64,000 nt of DNA from Spirochaetota bacterium (GTDB lineage: Bacteria; Spirochaetota; UBA4802; UBA5550). How positions within the stretch are numbered: position 1 is the first letter of the stretch; each line of letters begins with the position of its first letter. A model generated the notes under the pieces. That model was not told where the DNA came from, made no database searches, and was given only the letters and a program-made list of their open reading frames with translations. The position numbers and the translations under genes are program-made. This document shows positions 62,536-64,000 of the stretch, piece after piece. The DNA is taken from contig CAXXHB010000003.1 of assembly GCA_963664815.2 (NCBI GenBank), forward strand, positions 896,001 to 960,000, written 5' to 3'.

Positions 62536-63985
62536 ACTTTTCCAGCAGCAGTTCAACTTTTCTATCCAGACTATAATAACGGATTCCTTTTTTTCGTGAG
62601 GATGACTGAGTTTCGCCAAACCATTTAACGGTTATACGCTCTCCAGGGATATCAAGTGATTTTATAAAACCGGCAACATTGTTTGCGCGCTTCATGCTGA
62701 GTTTTTCATTATAAACAGCTGAACCTTCAGGATCCGAATATCCTGATATTTCAACCCTGAACTCCGGGTTACCGCGCATAAACTCGACAATTCCGTGCAG
62801 AACAGGTATATATTCAGCCTGGACTTCATCGGAATTAAATTTAAAATAAACAGTTTTTAACGATGACTGGAAGGATTTTACAGATAGTTCACTGTCGGCA
62901 GATGATTTAATCTCTGCATCTGCACATGAAGTTTTTTTCTGGGATGATGATGTTTTAACAAAATAAACAGTAATATTCTGAATTTTCCCGGGTGCTACAT
63001 GAATTTTTACACTGCAGCCGGTATAGATTTTTGAGAGTGGTTCAATCAGGACAGAATCAACATCGTCTTTCGGGCTCAATGTGAAGACACCCCTGTTGCT
63101 GCTTTTAACCTCAGTTGTTCTGAGAATCACTGATTTGTTTTCTCTTTCCTCCATGAGGATAATCCTGAAAGGGGTCTTTTTTATCAGTTTTTTGTTGTTT
63201 TTATTAATAATCTTTATATGAAGTAATGTCGGTGGTTTTTTAGCAATATTCTGTGTCAGCTTGGCAGTTGTTGATTTCTCCGCCGGTATCGATGAATAAA
63301 GGTCAAATTTGCCAAGACCTCCGGCTCTGTTCGAGCAGATCATGGAGTTTAACTTTGATTCGGAATAATACATATCATCATATGCGGAATTTATACCTTC
63401 ACCGGCATTAACCGGTTTTGAAAATTTTTTACCTGTCATGGTTGTATAATAAATATCCCATCCGCCGAAGCCCCCCGGTTTTCTTGATGCGAAATAATAC
63501 CTGCCCGATCTGTAGGATGGTCTGAAACCGATTTCGCAGTTACCTGTATTTATTGATTCCGGTAGTTCTTTAACGCCGGTAAACGCGCCATTTTCAAGTT
63601 TTGCGGAATAAATTCTAGATTTACCGGGACTGTTATACGGCCATCTGGTGAAATAGAGTGTTTTCCCGTCAGAACTGAGTCCGGGTGCTCTCTCATTCAT
63701 ATTGGTGTTTACTGTCCCCTTCAGAAGCTCAGGTTTGCTCCATTTACCATCAATCAGTCTTGATATGTAAATATCAAAGGTAATCCTCTTTTTACCGTCA
63801 GAAGTCGCAGGTGGTGAAAAGCCGCCGGGTCTGTCTGATGCAAACAGAATTGTTTTCCCGTCTGCTGAGATAAAGGGTGTCTCTTCATTTGAATCGGAAT
63901 TCAACTCAAAAACCGGGTATGGGTCTCCCCATAGTCCGTTTTTATTCTTACACATGAATATCTTGTGAGAGTTTTCCTGCGGCAT
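62534..63985 (-). CDS. OmpA-family protein with PD40 (TolB-like) repeats; true start probably beyond the window end
   Basis: PFISADGKTILFASDRPGG, GGFGGWDIY, VYFKFNS, GYSDPEG..YNEKLSMKRA and RKVEL motifs. Confidence 0.88.
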   Translation of the reverse strand: MPQENSHKIFMCKNKNGLWGDPYPVFELNSDSNEETPFISADGKTILFASDRPGGFSPPATSDGKKRITFDIYISRLIDGKWSKPELLKGTVNTNMNERAPGLSSDGKTLYFTRWPYNSPGKSRIYSAKLENGAFTGVKELPESINTGNCEIGFRPSYRSGRYYFASRKPGGFGGWDIYYTTMTGKKFSKPVNAGEGINSAYDDMYYSESKLNSMICSNRAGGLGKFDLYSSIPAEKSTTAKLTQNIAKKPPTLLHIKIINKNNKKLIKKTPFRIILMEERENKSVILRTTEVKSSNRGVFTLSPKDDVDSVLIEPLSKIYTGCSVKIHVAPGKIQNITVYFVKTSSSQKKTSCADAEIKSSADSELSVKSFQSSLKTVYFKFNSDEVQAEYIPVLHGIVEFMRGNPEFRVEISGYSDPEGSAVYNEKLSMKRANNVAGFIKSLDIPGERITVKWFGETQSSSRKKGIRYYSLDRKVELLLEK

Positions 63986-64000
63986 CTTCGAATTGAAAAC

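Overview
AT-rich bacterial chromosome segment, most likely from a free-living Spirochaetota of the Leptospirae-related, non-treponemal type. This is an inference from the membrane-anchored AraC regulator, a dcw cluster lacking ftsI, a DAP-type DNPR MurE and a PD40-OmpA protein. Layout: (1) 1.6-18.5 kb, an acyl-CoA/lactone catabolic neighbourhood with CoA transferases, two CoA ligases, a PLL lactonase, a 3-hydroxyacyl-CoA dehydrogenase, AcuI, a crotonase and TetR/AraC regulators with visible operators. (2) 19-24 kb, a sulfur cluster (metY, cysK, Rrf2, mnmA) with decayed larE and thiF/moeB genes. (3) 24-27 kb, a single-chain transketolase-like gene with altered active-site histidines followed by a form IV (KDDH) RuBisCO-like protein, the best candidate for an uncharacterised MTA/SAM-byproduct salvage route. 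(4) 27.6-31.3 kb, a DUF2318/ABC metal-related cluster. (5) 32-41 kb, a defence island next to tRNA-Gly: EcoprrI-like type IC R-M with PrrC, a repeat-flanked RhuM-fragment/KilA-N insert and a frameshifted Panacea antitoxin. (6) 43.5-44.6 kb, a small element bounded by inverted 'gatt'-periodic repeats that carries a basic HMG-box-like gene and an 11-bp periodic tract. (7) 48-62.5 kb, the dcw cluster mraZ to ftsZ. No CRISPR array, rRNA, integrase or intact transposase was seen. All family calls come from recognised motifs; no searches were run.
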